Positions 36,621-50,131 of a stretch of 64,000 nucleotides of DNA are shown in pieces. Every line of letters starts with the position of its first letter. The first letter of the stretch is position 1. A program made the position numbers and the translations under genes. Where the stretch lies: positions 21,516,001 to 21,580,000 of the forward strand of contig NC_045696.1 of NCBI RefSeq assembly GCF_009834535.1, written 5' to 3'. Under the pieces are notes generated by a model. That model was given only the letters and a program-made list of their open reading frames with translations. It did not search any database and was not told where the DNA came from. Origin of the DNA: Camelus ferus. Lineage: Eukaryota.

Positions 36621-38861
36621 AGTTTCCCAGATCCACTGAATTGGTTCTCACTTCACCATCCATTATGCATCTACCAGAAAGTCTAAAAATTTAAATTACT
36701 GTTTCAACATCTTTATTATTGTCTATATACTCTATCTTAAATGTTGCTTTAGTGGGATTATAAAAGGGAGATAATGAACATCTACATTTTTTATAAAGCT
36801 TCATCTTGGTTTTTTAATTCCTTTAAACCTTCTCTCTTCTCTTTCTTTTATGAAAGTATTCTGATGCAGGATTCTTGGCTTGACTAGCACTGCTGAAAAC
36901 AAAAGGGGATAATACCTAATGAAAACAAATTTTATATTTTAAAGTAATTTTTCAGCAGATATAGACTAAACCCTAATTATTGATAGCTCTGAACCTTTAA
37001 GAAACTATACCAAATAACTCTCAGCAGCAAACAAACTCTGATAGTTGCATGATGCAATACTAATCTCTCTTGGTTACTTGAAATTATATATTTTCAACTA
37101 GGGATTCACATGATTTCATTTTCTGTCTAGCTTTACATATTTTGTTCATTCAAAGTTTGTCATTTCACAATTCATTTTAATTATCAATTTGAACACTATA
37201 CTGAATGATGCAATTAAAGGAATGACTTCAAATATTCCAAGCACTCCCAAATATAAATGCAATTGTGAAACAAAAACAGAAGTAAGCAAAACTTTTAAAT
37301 ATTGACTGTGAGACCATAAAAAACTCAGCCCACAGTTGCCCTTTGATTTAGTGCCAGCAACCTCTGAACCTCATTCCCCGTCTGTCATGATAAGTCTTCT
37401 CCCATCTGCAGCATCACGGATGCAAGCCCCCTCTTTCTGCCTCTTTTAAATTTTGCACTAGGGTCGGGGGAGGGGCAGGATACTTCTTTCAAATCTCCAG
37501 CCTGGCAGAGTTTTCTGTTATAAAACACCTGCACATTTGGCATTGGCACTCTCAGCCCTCGACTTCCTCAGGGAGAGTCATCCTGTTTGAAGACTATGAT
37601 TCATTTCATAAACAACAAATTGTAATAGTCTATATATTTCACACAGCAACACTGCTTTACTTCTTCAAGTGGATTCTTTTAAAATGGAGAACTAAGTACT
37701 AGTTATTTTCATTCAGTTAAGGTAGAGGAACATGAACTAGTTAATTGCATTATATTTAAAACTTTAAAACAAATAAAAAGGGCAGAGTGGTCACTCATAC
37801 TTTAAAAATTGTTTATGTATAAATCTTATATTTTAAGATACCTATCAATAATATTTGATTTTCTAAAAATGGAGTACTGATTTGCTAATTTTTTATTATG
37901 CACGTCATAATCAAAGAAATACTTGCTTGTTCTTTATATGCAAATTGTCACACATGACTAATTATCATTACCAGTCAATTCTTCTATTTGCATGAAACTT
38001 CCAGATCGTGCTTTTACCCACAAAGAGAAGTAACTTTCTAAATATTGATTGAATGTATGGCATGTCGAGCATAGTATAATTACAGAATTTCTTTCTTCTT
38101 ACTATCAAAATCTTAGACTCCAACCGCTAAAAGTGTAACATTATCTGGCCAACCTTCCCTTTATAATTGTCCCTAGTGAAGGAAAGAATTTCCCAATTAA
38201 AGTGAGAGCATGTATCTCCCACACTTCTACAAGTTCTCCATCACCTGCCAAACTCACTCTGGACTTTCTACTTCTTATTATTCATTATTTAAGAGTGAGG
38301 AGTACCACAGAAACAACCCACAATACATACTTTCAATGTATATGACCATCTTATCCCACAATTCCACTCTGGGAATTGTCTCTAATAAATAAAACTAGCA
38401 GTATTCACTGATTGCATTGTGGATTCCCTGCTATAGGCTCCCTCTAAGGGCGACCTCCCAGAGAGATGATCGGAACAGAGGAGGTAAATGAGTTTCCTTA
38501 CATGGGCCTTCCTTCCAGGTTCCCGACTCCAAGGGCTGGGACTGTGGAACTGTATTCCTTCTTAACGGTCCACACTTAGATCCACCTCTCAGGGTCCACC
38601 TCAGAGCTGAGATGATGATGCACAGAGCACTAAGTGTGCCAGCATCTGCCTTTTCTTACTCAGAGCTCCCACTGCTTACAAGACTTCAAACAGTTGCACA
38701 TCTCTGACAGCTTTTTTCCTTATTTTTCTCCCTACAAGGCCTGGCTAACCTGCACATTTTCTCCTAAATATACTGGCTTCTTTGATTCCTACAAGTGAAA
38801 CTCGACACCTTCTCTTGCCATTGAGAAGCATTATGGAAGCATTATAGAAATATGGGCTGTA

Positions 38862-39007
38862 TAAACTTTCCTCTGTTTCCTTATTCATAAAATGAAGAAA
38901 AAAAATTGTAAACTTGACCCTATGGGTCGGTGTGAAAACTGGGTGACTTAATATCTATAAAGCACTTAGAACAGTGCTGAGATTCAAAGTTAACACTGTG
39001 TAAGCTT
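38862..39007 (+). mobile_element. MIR SINE
   Basis: cctctgtttccttattcataaaatg...tataaagcacttagaacagtgc. Confidence 0.75.
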
Positions 39008-39669
39008 GAACGCATATTAAAACTTCTATAAAAGAGATAATCCCTATAATTTCTCCTTACAAACAATAATTCCAACTTGACATCTACATTTTCTTTTTTC
39101 TATAATTTTTGTATTGTGGAAGCCTTTCTTCCTGACCCTGTAATATAACCCAGTTGTCCATCTTTAGAATGAGAAATCCAGTAAGGCAGAGTTTATACAG
39201 GTTGAAATTATTCTGGCTAAAAATGAAAAGAATATTTGCTACTACTTAGCAAAGATAAAAACGAAAGTGTAAGAGAAAAAAGAGTGTAAAAATAATTAAT
39301 TAGGGAAATACAGTTTTTCTAACTTAAACCTTGTGCCACTAGTTCAAATGAAGAAATCCCCTAATGGATCATTTTATTTATTGAGTTTTTAAAATTATCT
39401 AGAAGTCTCACTTGTCTTGTGAAGTTCATGGACTTCTCACTCTCTTGACGTCACTATAGCTCTTTTGACAGTTTCAGGCACAATTTTTAAGAAGGAAATT
39501 GCCACTTTTATTTATTTAGTTCTGGACTATATTCTGAAGTTGATTCAACACTATTTTCATTTGGAATGATGTTGTTTCACCCAAAGTAAGGGAAATGTAT
39601 AACTTTTAAGTGACTTTTATATCAATTAAGTCAATAGTCACAGAATCAATATATGCATTTTAAAATAGT

Positions 39670-39952
39670 TTTATTTATTCTTCTTCCATTCAATAAATAT
39701 TATTGTGCTTATTATGTACCAGATTTTATGCTAGACCCTGGGGTTATGAAGAAGATTAAATGTGTTTCTGATTTCAGATAGTGGATGATCCAGTAAGCAA
39801 GAGAAATTAAAAATGTAAAAAAAATAAATGAATATGAATTAGTGTGGCTAAGACTGTAATGAAGATCTACACACATACATTGAAAGGATGACTTCATATG
39901 GGGAAATGGGGGAAGCTGTTACTCAAAAAGTGGCACTTGAGCTGAGATTTGT
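39670..39952 (-). mobile_element. L2 3'-end fragment
   Basis: cattcaataaatattattgtgcttattatgtaccag...gtggcacttgagctgagatttg. Confidence 0.75.
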
Positions 39953-42900
39953 CTAATTTTCATTCCATAATCATTAATTTTTACATATATTCTATAATTT
40001 TCAAAATCAATGGCAAACCACTCTAAAAAATAGTCTATCTAAAAAATAAAATCAATGGCTTTCTTTATACCCATTAAACTCCTGTGAAGAGGTCATTATA
40101 TTCGGCAAGATCTTCATCTTAGGCTTGTGTAACTGGAAATGATGAACTCCTGGGCTCTCACCATCTAGAAGAAGGAGAGAAATTTGTGTTTGATTTTCTT
40201 CTTCCGTGTCAATAAATATATACAATTCTTCATTATGTTTCCTATGGCCTCAAACTCTGGTTCAGATCTGCTGCTTCTGCTCTTCTGCCATGTTTCAGGC
40301 TTTCACTCAGCGCCCAGCATAGAATGAAACCTGCCAACACTCCTTCCTAGAGCTCGGACCCGACGTGCCCATCATCATGTAGGAGGTGCTGATTTTCCAT
40401 CTTCATTTATAAGCCTTCATTCCCACCAACCAAGTCCACTTAGGCTCCCCAGACAAGGGATAGTAGATTGGATCCATGTACAAACTCACAATCAGACTAC
40501 ACGGGAGCGTACACTGATGCATCTATGAAATGGATTTCTCTCCCTTGCCTGCAATGGTTTAAGAGCCTCAAAATCAGGACCATGTCTTTTGTTGTTGTTG
40601 TTCATCTTCCTTGATGCATTTCTACATTCTCCATCCCTAGAGCGTAGCAAACACCCACTGATACTAACTCATAATCAGTGATGACCATAATGACAGTGTT
40701 CCAAATGTCCTCAGGAAGTACTTGAACTTCCTCCAGTTATTCTTGTACTCAATCCAGTTCCATAAATATAATGTGATTTTAAATAGTTTTGTTTTTATGT
40801 ATTGGAATTATGCTCTAGTAAATCTGACTATCATGAAATCTGTAGAGTTGTAAGCTTATCAGTTCAACCATTACTGAATTTGATTAGATGCTTTATATCA
40901 GTAAATAGTGACAATTTATATAAATAAATAAAAATACAAGTGCGTTTCTTTGAAACTGTGTTATATTATTTCACATATTAGAAAGAAAATGCACGCATCT
41001 GATGGAATTAAATTCCATCAAATTCCTCAAAACATTATGTACACTTTCAAACATATTCAAAATTATATTGCCAAACGTTGCTTAATATAAGTTTGAATTC
41101 CTTCAGAACAGACTGAGCGTTGTTACCACTCATTTCCTAAACACAATGGCAACCCTATGCTAGGAAGAGGAGTTTTTTTTTTCAAGAATATATAACAGTT
41201 ATGGCTAAAGTGAGTAACCTAAAGAGTTGTGCTCCATTTTTTAATGTGTATTTATAAATTTTAATGACATGACCTTACTAAGGTTTCACAAATATTTCTT
41301 TTTCCAAATATTATTCTGTGTTTATTATTTCTCAGAAGTTGAAAGCCTTAATCTTGGAAGGGCCATCGCAGTGTTCTAGAATTGTAGAAACTCTTAATAA
41401 CTAGAGGTTATTATTTGAATAGCAAACTAGAAAGAAACACTAAAAATACTGATTTTACTCAACTCTTTGTTAAAATTCCCTTATACATTATTTTTTGGAA
41501 AAATATCCAATGATTAATTCTTGCTGGTTTTTGGAAAGGAAATTCTTAACTTAATATCCTGATAAACTATACGAAGTAAAAATATAAACATTCTGGGAAA
41601 AAATTATACTTTAGAGTGGAATCTAACAACTAAGAAATATTCACACAACAGACTCAATTGATTTTAGTAATTGTGACATTTTGAACTACAATTTGTGTAG
41701 TATCTCTTTTTTAAGCTCACAAATCACATGCAGAAACCCAAACTCAATTGATTTGCATATCTGAGATTCATAAAGCAACAAAAAACAGTATTTAAGTGTC
41801 TGTATTTCTAATATAACTTAGTTTTTAAAATAATTTCATTCATTTTTACAAGAGACAAAAGCCTTTTGGGAGAGCCATGAGTTTGGCAACCACATGCATA
41901 GCTTTCATGCGGCTGTGGGTGTAGATGTGACAAACACTCAGCAAACAGATGGCTAATCCTCTGAATAACATTATTCATGTTAAACAAAATGGCTTTTTGA
42001 CGATCACAATGCAGCACCTGCTCTGAGGTTCTTCTTCTAAGGGCAGAGGAAATAGGGGATTTGGTGAGACTGTCAAATGCAGTATCAGGCTTCTGTTTGC
42101 TGACGGGCTTCGAAGAAAGGGAATTGCTCATTAATTAGCAATTACTCCTTGTTTTATAATGCTTACCACAAAGCCGGAATAAAATTTAATTTTTCAATTG
42201 ATATATATATATACTTGTTGATATTAATGAGCGAAAGGGCTTTATGTACATGTGGGTAAACCTTAGGGAACAATTTTTTTTTCCCAAGTGCACTAAAAAG
42301 CTAAACTGAATCCGTTACTACTGGAATTTTAAATAAAACAAAGATACCTACCACAATATCCAATTTTACCCTTATACATTTGGTACTAATTTTCTAGCCA
42401 GAGGGTTGGCCTATTTGAGATTGAGTGACAAGTTGAGAAAATGTTGAATGCCACTGAAGTTCTGTTGACATACTTTATCACCTTCCCTTTAGGAAATTGA
42501 TTTTTCAGTGCTATTTACATGCAGAACATAAAATAATTGCCAGTCTAGCTTAAGAGTGATTTCCAACCCTTTTCTGGTTTGAGATTTTTAGATTTTATGA
42601 GGAGTTCCAGTCCTACCTTCTTCTAGATTGTGGATCAAAGTGCATAGATCTGCCTTTAATTTCCAATGTTGAAGATAATATAATCTAAATTTCTCATGAG
42701 AATGTTGAACATTGCTTAAAGAAAGAAAGCATTATCTTGAAAATACAGGCACGAGGTCCTTTAAAATAGCATATTTCAAATAAGTGAGTGAGTTTTCTTT
42801 AGAATGCACTCTTTGTTAATAGCAGTCTAATACCATGGTAACCAGACATGTATATGTATATTGTTCTCAGCAATCTGACTTTTTCTAATATTTTGACTCT

Positions 42901-42999
42901 TTGGAAATAACTCATTCCATTGCCACACTCACAGAAGATCTATGTTGCAACTATCTATTGTTGTTTTTGTTTTCTAGAAAGTAACAATTTTCTTGAAGT

Positions 43000-43470
43000 A
43001 ACCTCAAACTTAACCTTTCCTTAGAGAGAACAAACCTACTCATAAGTAAACCATTTGCCCCCTCAAATATATTAGAATTTGAGTTATTTAAGTCCTTAAG
43101 CTCAGTGCCTAAAATTCTGCCTTCATTCTTTAGTCTTCCACGTCTCCTGTTTATATATTGTCTCTTTCAAATGTATCTCTGATCCATTCAGCTTTCTGTA
43201 GTTCTGCTGATACCCTCTTAGTGCAGATCGTCACTATCTTTCTCTTGAACTACAAGCAATGGTCCCTGAACTGGTATCCTCTCTTTCTTTCTTGTTGCTC
43301 CATTCCAATTAATGTTCTGTATAACCTGCAGAGTGACTAAACAAAACAAAGCAAAACAAAATGAAAAAGACAGGAAAGGCACGAGTTGGCTCAGGTCAAT
43401 GTCCTGCTAGGAGTGTTTTAATGACTCCCCTTTTTCTTTAGAGCCCTGTAACACCGACATGTCTTACAAC
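43000..43470 (+). mobile_element. L2 fragment
   Basis: tttcaaatgtatctctgatccatt...ctatctttctcttgaactacaagcaatggtccctgaactggtatcc. Confidence 0.65.
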
Positions 43471-43561
43471 CCTCATCTTTTTTTTTTTTTCTGTTTCAAT
43501 ACATTTTTACTTACAATATAAAATTATACACATTATCTTGTAATTTCAAAATGTCATCATC

Positions 43562-43724
43562 TCTTTTTATTGAGCTATTGTCAGTTTACAACGTTGTGGT
43601 GTACAGCATAATTTTTCAGTCATACATGAATATACATACGTTTGTTGTCATGCTTTTTACCATGAGCCACTACAAGATCTTGAATATATTCTGTGCTATA
43701 CAGTATAAACTTGTTTATCTATTT
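43562..43724 (-). mobile_element. Camelid L1 3' tail
   Basis: tttttattgag...gtcagtttacaacgttgtggtgtacagcataatttttcagtcatacatg...tgtgctatacagtataaacttgtt. Confidence 0.85.
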
Positions 43725-43879
43725 GAGCTGCTCTGCCCGCATCCATAGTCACCCCACCACAGCTCCGATCCAAATGATAATCGTCGCATGTGCTTGTCTC
43801 CTTATACTGGCAGTATACTGGCTTGACTTTTATTTTTTCAGTTCTCAGCTCAGGTGAGATTTTGGTCTCAGCAACTTGA

Positions 43880-44110
43880 CAGGTGGTATAACTTTGTGGT
43901 TGTGGAGCCAGACTGTCTACTGTTTAATACGAATTCAGCCTTTCATTACCAGCATGGCCTTGGGCAGCTCCCTCCATCTCTGTATTGCATTTTCTTCACT
44001 TATAAAATGTGGCTAATAATATCACCCACCTCAAAGATCCGTCAAAAAGAATAAATAAGCTAATACATGTAAAGCATTTTAAAAGACTGTATAGGATATT
44101 TTAAGCATTT
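43880..44110 (+). mobile_element. MIR SINE
   Basis: tggagccagactgtct...ccttgggcag...tataaaatgtggctaataatatcacccacctca...aatacatgtaaagcattt. Confidence 0.8.
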
Positions 44111-44943
44111 ATTTAGTCAATTTAGTCAATTATTAGAGTTTTATCTTTAATAAAATGTCCTTGATGAATCCATTAGTAATTAACATAGTAACAGCAATAA
44201 GTATAGCTAACTCTTCAATAACTCTCGCTAGGTTTCAAGGACAGTCCTCTCTAATGAGACTCTTTTCCTTAGTCTCTATCACAAAATCCTGATTTTTTTA
44301 AATCACATTAAAATCTTAAATGTGTATTTATCTACTTATGTGTGTATAATATATACAGCCCACTAAACGCTAAGGTCCAGGCAAGTAAGTACTATGTCTG
44401 TTTTTCTTATGGCTAGCTTCTATAACTCCCTAAAATGGAGACCAAGTATTTTTGAACGAATGAATACTATTGATAGAATTGGATTTTTTTAAGCAACCAA
44501 GTGGGGCAAGCTTCTGAGATTAAAGTGACAACCTTCATACGTGGTAAGAAAGGCAATCCATAAACCTAATAGAATTAGCTTAAAAACACAATTTGGCAGG
44601 CAGCTCTTAGCAACATTTGAACTTTTAGACAACATAGTCCACGCCAAGCAGATTCAATGAAGGGATCCAACTGGAACGTTGGTGGATGGGTAGAGGTAGT
44701 TGGGGAGACATCTGTCAGTAGACAGTAGGTAAAATCCAGGTAGCCTCTAAGTAGAGGGCATCTGTCAGTAATTAGTGTGGATATCTGATCATTTGAGCTG
44801 TTTGGTTCTGGGTCAGGTAAAGCACTCACAACAGGGAATGAGACACAGGCAAACCAGGTAAGCATTAGTATATCAGGTGGAAATTTTGTCACTAAAAGTG
44901 AAATAATTCGCCTATTGGCCATTTGTATCTTGATTGGCCAATC

Positions 44944-45890
44944 AAGACATACAAATGGCCAGTAAGCACATGAGAAAAAATGCTTAATATCGCTAATTAC
45001 CAGAGAAATGCATATCAAAACTATAATGAGATATCTCACACCAGTCAGAATGGCTATCATTCAAAAGTCCACAAATGGTAAATGCTGGAGAGGGTGTGGA
45101 GGAAAGGGAACTCTCCTACACTGCTGGTGGGAATGCAGTTTGGTGCAGTCATTTAGGAAAACAGTATGGAAATTGCTCAAAAAACTGAAAATAGACTTAC
45201 CATACAATCCAGCAATCCCACTCCTGGGCATATATCCAGAGGAAACTCTAATTCAAAAAGATACATGCACCCCAATTTTCAAAGCAGCACTATTTATAAT
45301 ACCAAGACATGGAAGCAACCTAAATATCCATTGACAGATGATTGGATAAGGAAATTGTGCTATATTTATACAATGTATAAATTCATACAATGTATACACT
45401 CAGCCATAAAAAAGAATAAAATAATGCCATTTGCAGGAACATGAATGGAACTAGCAATGTCATTCTAGGTAAACTAAGCCAGAAAGAGAAAAATATTATA
45501 TGATACCATTTGTATGTGGAATCCAAAAGAAAAAAAGAAAAAAAGGACACTAATGAACTCATCTACAAAACAAACAGACTTGCAGACGTAGTAAACAATC
45601 ATATGATTATCAGGGAAAGGGGGTGGGAAGGGATAAATTTGAGAGTTTGAGATTTACAAATGTTAGCCACTACACATAAAAATAGATTTAAAAAAAACAA
45701 GTTTATTCTGTATAACAAAGGGATCTATATTCAATATCTTGTAATAATATTTAATGAAAAACTATGAAAATGAATATGTGTATGTATATGCATGACTGGA
45801 ACATAGTGCTCTACACCAGAAATTGACACATTGTAACTGACTGTATACTTCAATTAATTAATAAATAAATAAACAAATAAATAAAAGGTA
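44944..45890 (+). mobile_element. 5'-truncated camelid L1 (ORF2 C-terminus and 3' UTR) with TSD
   Basis: ORF 45008-45334 encodes [15 protein letters not shown]...[18 protein letters not shown] (L1 ORF2p cysteine-rich domain); (taaa)n tail; 13-bp TSD aaaagtgaaataa at 44894-44906 and 45891-45903. Confidence 0.95.
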
Positions 45891-48800
45891 AAAAGTGAAA
45901 TAAAAGCCTATAGCCTAAAATATACTGTGATGATAGCATAATGCTGACCAAGGCATTAAAGAACTATATTTCCTTAAATAGTTATTGAATTTTTTTAACC
46001 TTTAATTTTCTTATGTCCCCATTGACGGATGTTTATTTAGGGAAACATTTTTGGGGTATTTTTTGGTACAAACTCTACTAGGAGCACTGAAAAGCAAATT
46101 AGAACAAACTTTTTTTCTAAAATGAATGAAGTTACATTTAATGTGTATTTTGCATGATGATTTCATTGTGCTCCACTTTGTCTTTGATTTTCTCACTTCA
46201 CTTAAATCGTTGTAGCAATTTTTTCTTTGCTCTGCTTCCTCTGCCAAACAGCTGATCTTATTTGAATTAAAAAATGCAGCTGTCTTCATCAATCTTTCAT
46301 GGTATATATGGATTTAAAAAATAAATTTCTAAGTACAAAAATTCATGCCATTATTCAGCTTATGAGCTAATTCAGGATCTGTTTGTCATGATGTAGCTGT
46401 TTCCATTCCTATGCAAATTCTGCTTTGTTCTTAGCATTGACATTTTCCCCCATTTCACAGTTGACAGAATTAAAACACGGACTAAAACATTATTAGTAAA
46501 CTCCCATTATATTAATGCAAAAGCTCAAATTATCCTAATTATAACTATTAATATAACTAATCTACAAACAAATATTAATGCCATTGTTAGCTTATGTGCT
46601 CTGTCCATGACTTCAAATTATTTATCTTCCTTAAGAATCTCCATTCCACATCTCTGAAGTGGGAAAAGTTATGCAGAAATATTTCAAAGTCTCTGTGAGT
46701 TAACCACACTGCCTATCAGGCATTAAGGATGAAATTTTAAACATTAAGCTAGTATTTGACATTCATTTTCTTCACATGTTTGAAAGTTATTTTGAAAGCA
46801 AGAATACCTATCTTGTGCATCTGACCAAGATTGAATGTTTATTATTCTTTTTATATCAGAATATAACTTTTATAACTATACATGTGTAGTTACGGAGGAA
46901 TGAAATTATTTTGTAGAATCAGGTCATTGTATTTGATATGATCACGAAGTTGCTGTCAAAATAATGCACAGCTAAATGAAAAACAAATATTATTACACAT
47001 TTGCAACTTGCCAACAGTTCTGGATTTGTGAAGAAATACATATTTTGTGCCTGTTCTTATTTTCAAACTTTCAAACAAATCAGAATATGCCATTTTGCTA
47101 AGATCACAGCTGTCTCATCTCTGAATGCATTCAATCATATCATTAATGCAGATTAAATTAGTATTAACCTTGTCTCCACTACATACAATTTTATTAAGAA
47201 TGATATTCCTATCTGTCAACTAATTACACCAATAAACTTCACTGCAGTGATATAATTAACAGACCATAATATTTAAGAAGGTGACATTTCTCACTTTTTT
47301 AGAATTTTCAACTTGGAATTTGAAAGTAAGAATAAGTTACTGGTATCAGAATTTTAATCTAGAGTAAAATCTAGTTGGCAGTTAACTGAAACAGCTTTCT
47401 TTCCCTTAACAGCAATGAAATAGAAAGGACTAATTACCCCTTTTATAGGTGCAATTGGAACCTAAAACTCTAGAGACAGCGCGAGCCGTAAACCACTGAT
47501 ATTGTCTATTTTACCATCTGTACCTCGAAACTATAGCTACCAAATCAACAAACAAGCAAAAGACTTAGTTGTGCTACATGTATTACTCCAAGTTTTGAAA
47601 TTGCTTATTAACATTCTCTGGTGACACTGAGTGGTAGAAACAGATATTTCTTAAAAAAAAAAAAAAGTCAGATTTTTAATTCATATATATTTTTAGATCA
47701 TTAGAAACTTTGAAACTAAATAGTAAGGCATAAATCTGTTTTAGAATTTTTAAGAATCGTTTTAAAATATCTTTATTTTTATTGCTTTTTCTAAGGATAT
47801 TTCCTTCAGCTGAATAATTAAAGTTTTCTTTTCCAAAATCTGATCTTTTAGAATTTTTTTTAGTAATTTTAATGCAATAATCCCTTCAAACTGGAAACCA
47901 AACATGATAGTCAAAAGTGCATTTATGTGTTGAGATACTATTTTCAAACAAGATGATTTTAAATATATCCACAAACACAAGAATAAATACTATTACATAA
48001 TTCTAAAATATAATATGCTGTTTAATGATTTCAGATGCTACATATAAAATCACATTCATTTTGAAAACCCACAGGTTTTCAAAAAACGAACCTTTGAACA
48101 AACTGAGTTGAGTTAAAAATACCGTTTGTTTTTTCCCTACTTAACTTCAGTCAGGAGAGTATAAAATAAGATTAGGCATAAGGATAGGGTCTGTGAGCCT
48201 CTAAAATATCTTCAATACTTCATTTTAAATTTCAAACTGGTATGAGATGCTTCTCAAAAATTTAAAGAGAAGATTCCTTTATAGTCTGAAGCTACATTTT
48301 TCCAGAACCTGGTCATAATTTTAAAAATTGCCATAAATTAAATTGTTAAAAAATTAACCATACCACAAAATTCCTGGAAAATCCCTTCTCCATACTCTTT
48401 CAAATATAAACATATATTTATTTACCATTCAGCAGAAATAGTCTGACCTAGATTTCACTGAAGGAAAATTAGATACAGTGCATTTATGGGAAGTCATGAT
48501 ATCAGTTTGCCATGCATGTTAAAATAATCACCATCTTATACATGTGTTATATTCCCATTGGGTGAATGAATGCACATTCTTTTTTTTTTTTTTTTTTTTT
48601 CCCGAAATTGCACCATCCTGCCAGCAAAAAGGCCAGTGTACCTTTTAGGCTCTCTGAAATGCCGGAGACTTGACTTAACATTATTTCGGCCTGCTATCTG
48701 ATCAGGTTTTCAGTTAGGTTGGTTTCTCTCCTCACTGAGAAAATAAAAATCCTACTGTTTCTGCTATGCCTACCAGATATTAGAGATGGAGAGTAATGGA

Positions 48801-50131
48801 ATGTTTAGAAGGAGCAGGAAGTGGGGAAAAAATAGGAAGAATAGAACAGTAGGAAACGTAGGAAGAGGAGGTGCAAACCTGGCTAATATCTAGGCAACAC
48901 TGATCAAGGCACATGACACATTGCACTGAAAGACCATCTCTCTGCCAAGCTGAGAGCACATTTTCCTAGGATAAGAGTAAATTTGTTTTCAAAAAACGTT
49001 GTGAAAACATGTATATATTTGTTAACTGTCTGGTTGGGTCCTTATCTGGTTGTTTGGTTACTTTGCTGATTAAAAAGCCTTTGGAAACTTGCCACCTCAT
49101 GAGCAGGTGAGGTGACCCGTGTCCTCCAGTGTATTTAAATGTCTTCAGGTGTCATTGTGTCTGCCTAGTGATCCCTGAGGCATCGCATACTAACTGAGCT
49201 TTCAAACATAAAATCAACGGTTCAATTTTTTAAAACAAGTCATGTTTTAATATTCAGGAGAAATACAAAAGCTAATCTTGAGGAGAGTGATGTCACCAAG
49301 ATGGTGACCTAAGGTGATTTAGTGACAAGAAAATCAAAATTTAACCAAAAAATAAATGAGAATGTTAACTCTGCGAAATTGAAAGCAGTGCATAAGGATG
49401 GAATTACTCGAGTCACTTGGTAATAAAAATAGTTAGGTAGTCATAATAGTATAAAGAATAAGCATTGGTCAAACTATACTATGTTTATATTGGGAGTATT
49501 GTGAAGAGAAAGAATTTGTGTTAATGGAAAGATGTACAGAGAGCTAAAACTTAATCTTCAGTCCATTTTTTCACCCCATCCTCCATTGTCCTTTTATAGC
49601 TATATCATAATCAATGATTAAATTAATATTTATAACATAATAATTATGTGAATATCATTTATAAACAAGTAGTATACTGCATCATAATTATCTTTCCTTT
49701 TTTTCTGTTATCTTTTTATTTTCCCTCAGTGCTTATTGTTGTTTCTCTCATCTCAGACACGTCTCAAGGGCTGTGACCAAGACAATATATACCATCCTTT
49801 TGGGTTTTTTTTTCAGCTGAAGGTGGCAAATCTTCCAAAGTTCAGTGTGCAAACTTGAAATTGGTTCGCTTGTGTCCAGTCCCACAGCAGCAAGACTCAT
49901 CTTGTATTCCTCTGCTCCCTTCCCCAGAAACTAGCAGATCCATTTTTTTAAACTAACTAATTAATTAATTATTTAGCTAACAATAGCAAAAATCTTCAGG
50001 TTAGGAGTAAATGTCACAATTCAGCTGTGAGGAAGAGGTGGCAGGGCCTTGGCATACAACTGTTTTTTTATGTAAACATTTCAGTAATTTCTTTTCCATC
50101 TTCTATTCTGACATCATCCTACCTTACTGAC

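Noticed and set aside
44575..45060. Longest ORF (161 aa, minus strand) with a hydrophobic N-terminus
   Set aside because: The N-terminus is antisense L1 sequence and the rest has no recognisable homology.
45008..45444. ORFs of 108 and 92 aa with a Cys/His-rich motif
   Set aside because: Frameshifted remnant of the L1 ORF2p C-terminus, not a host gene.
48580..48760. T21 tract as a possible processed-pseudogene tail
   Set aside because: No poly(A) signal, TSD or mRNA-like ORF on the minus strand.
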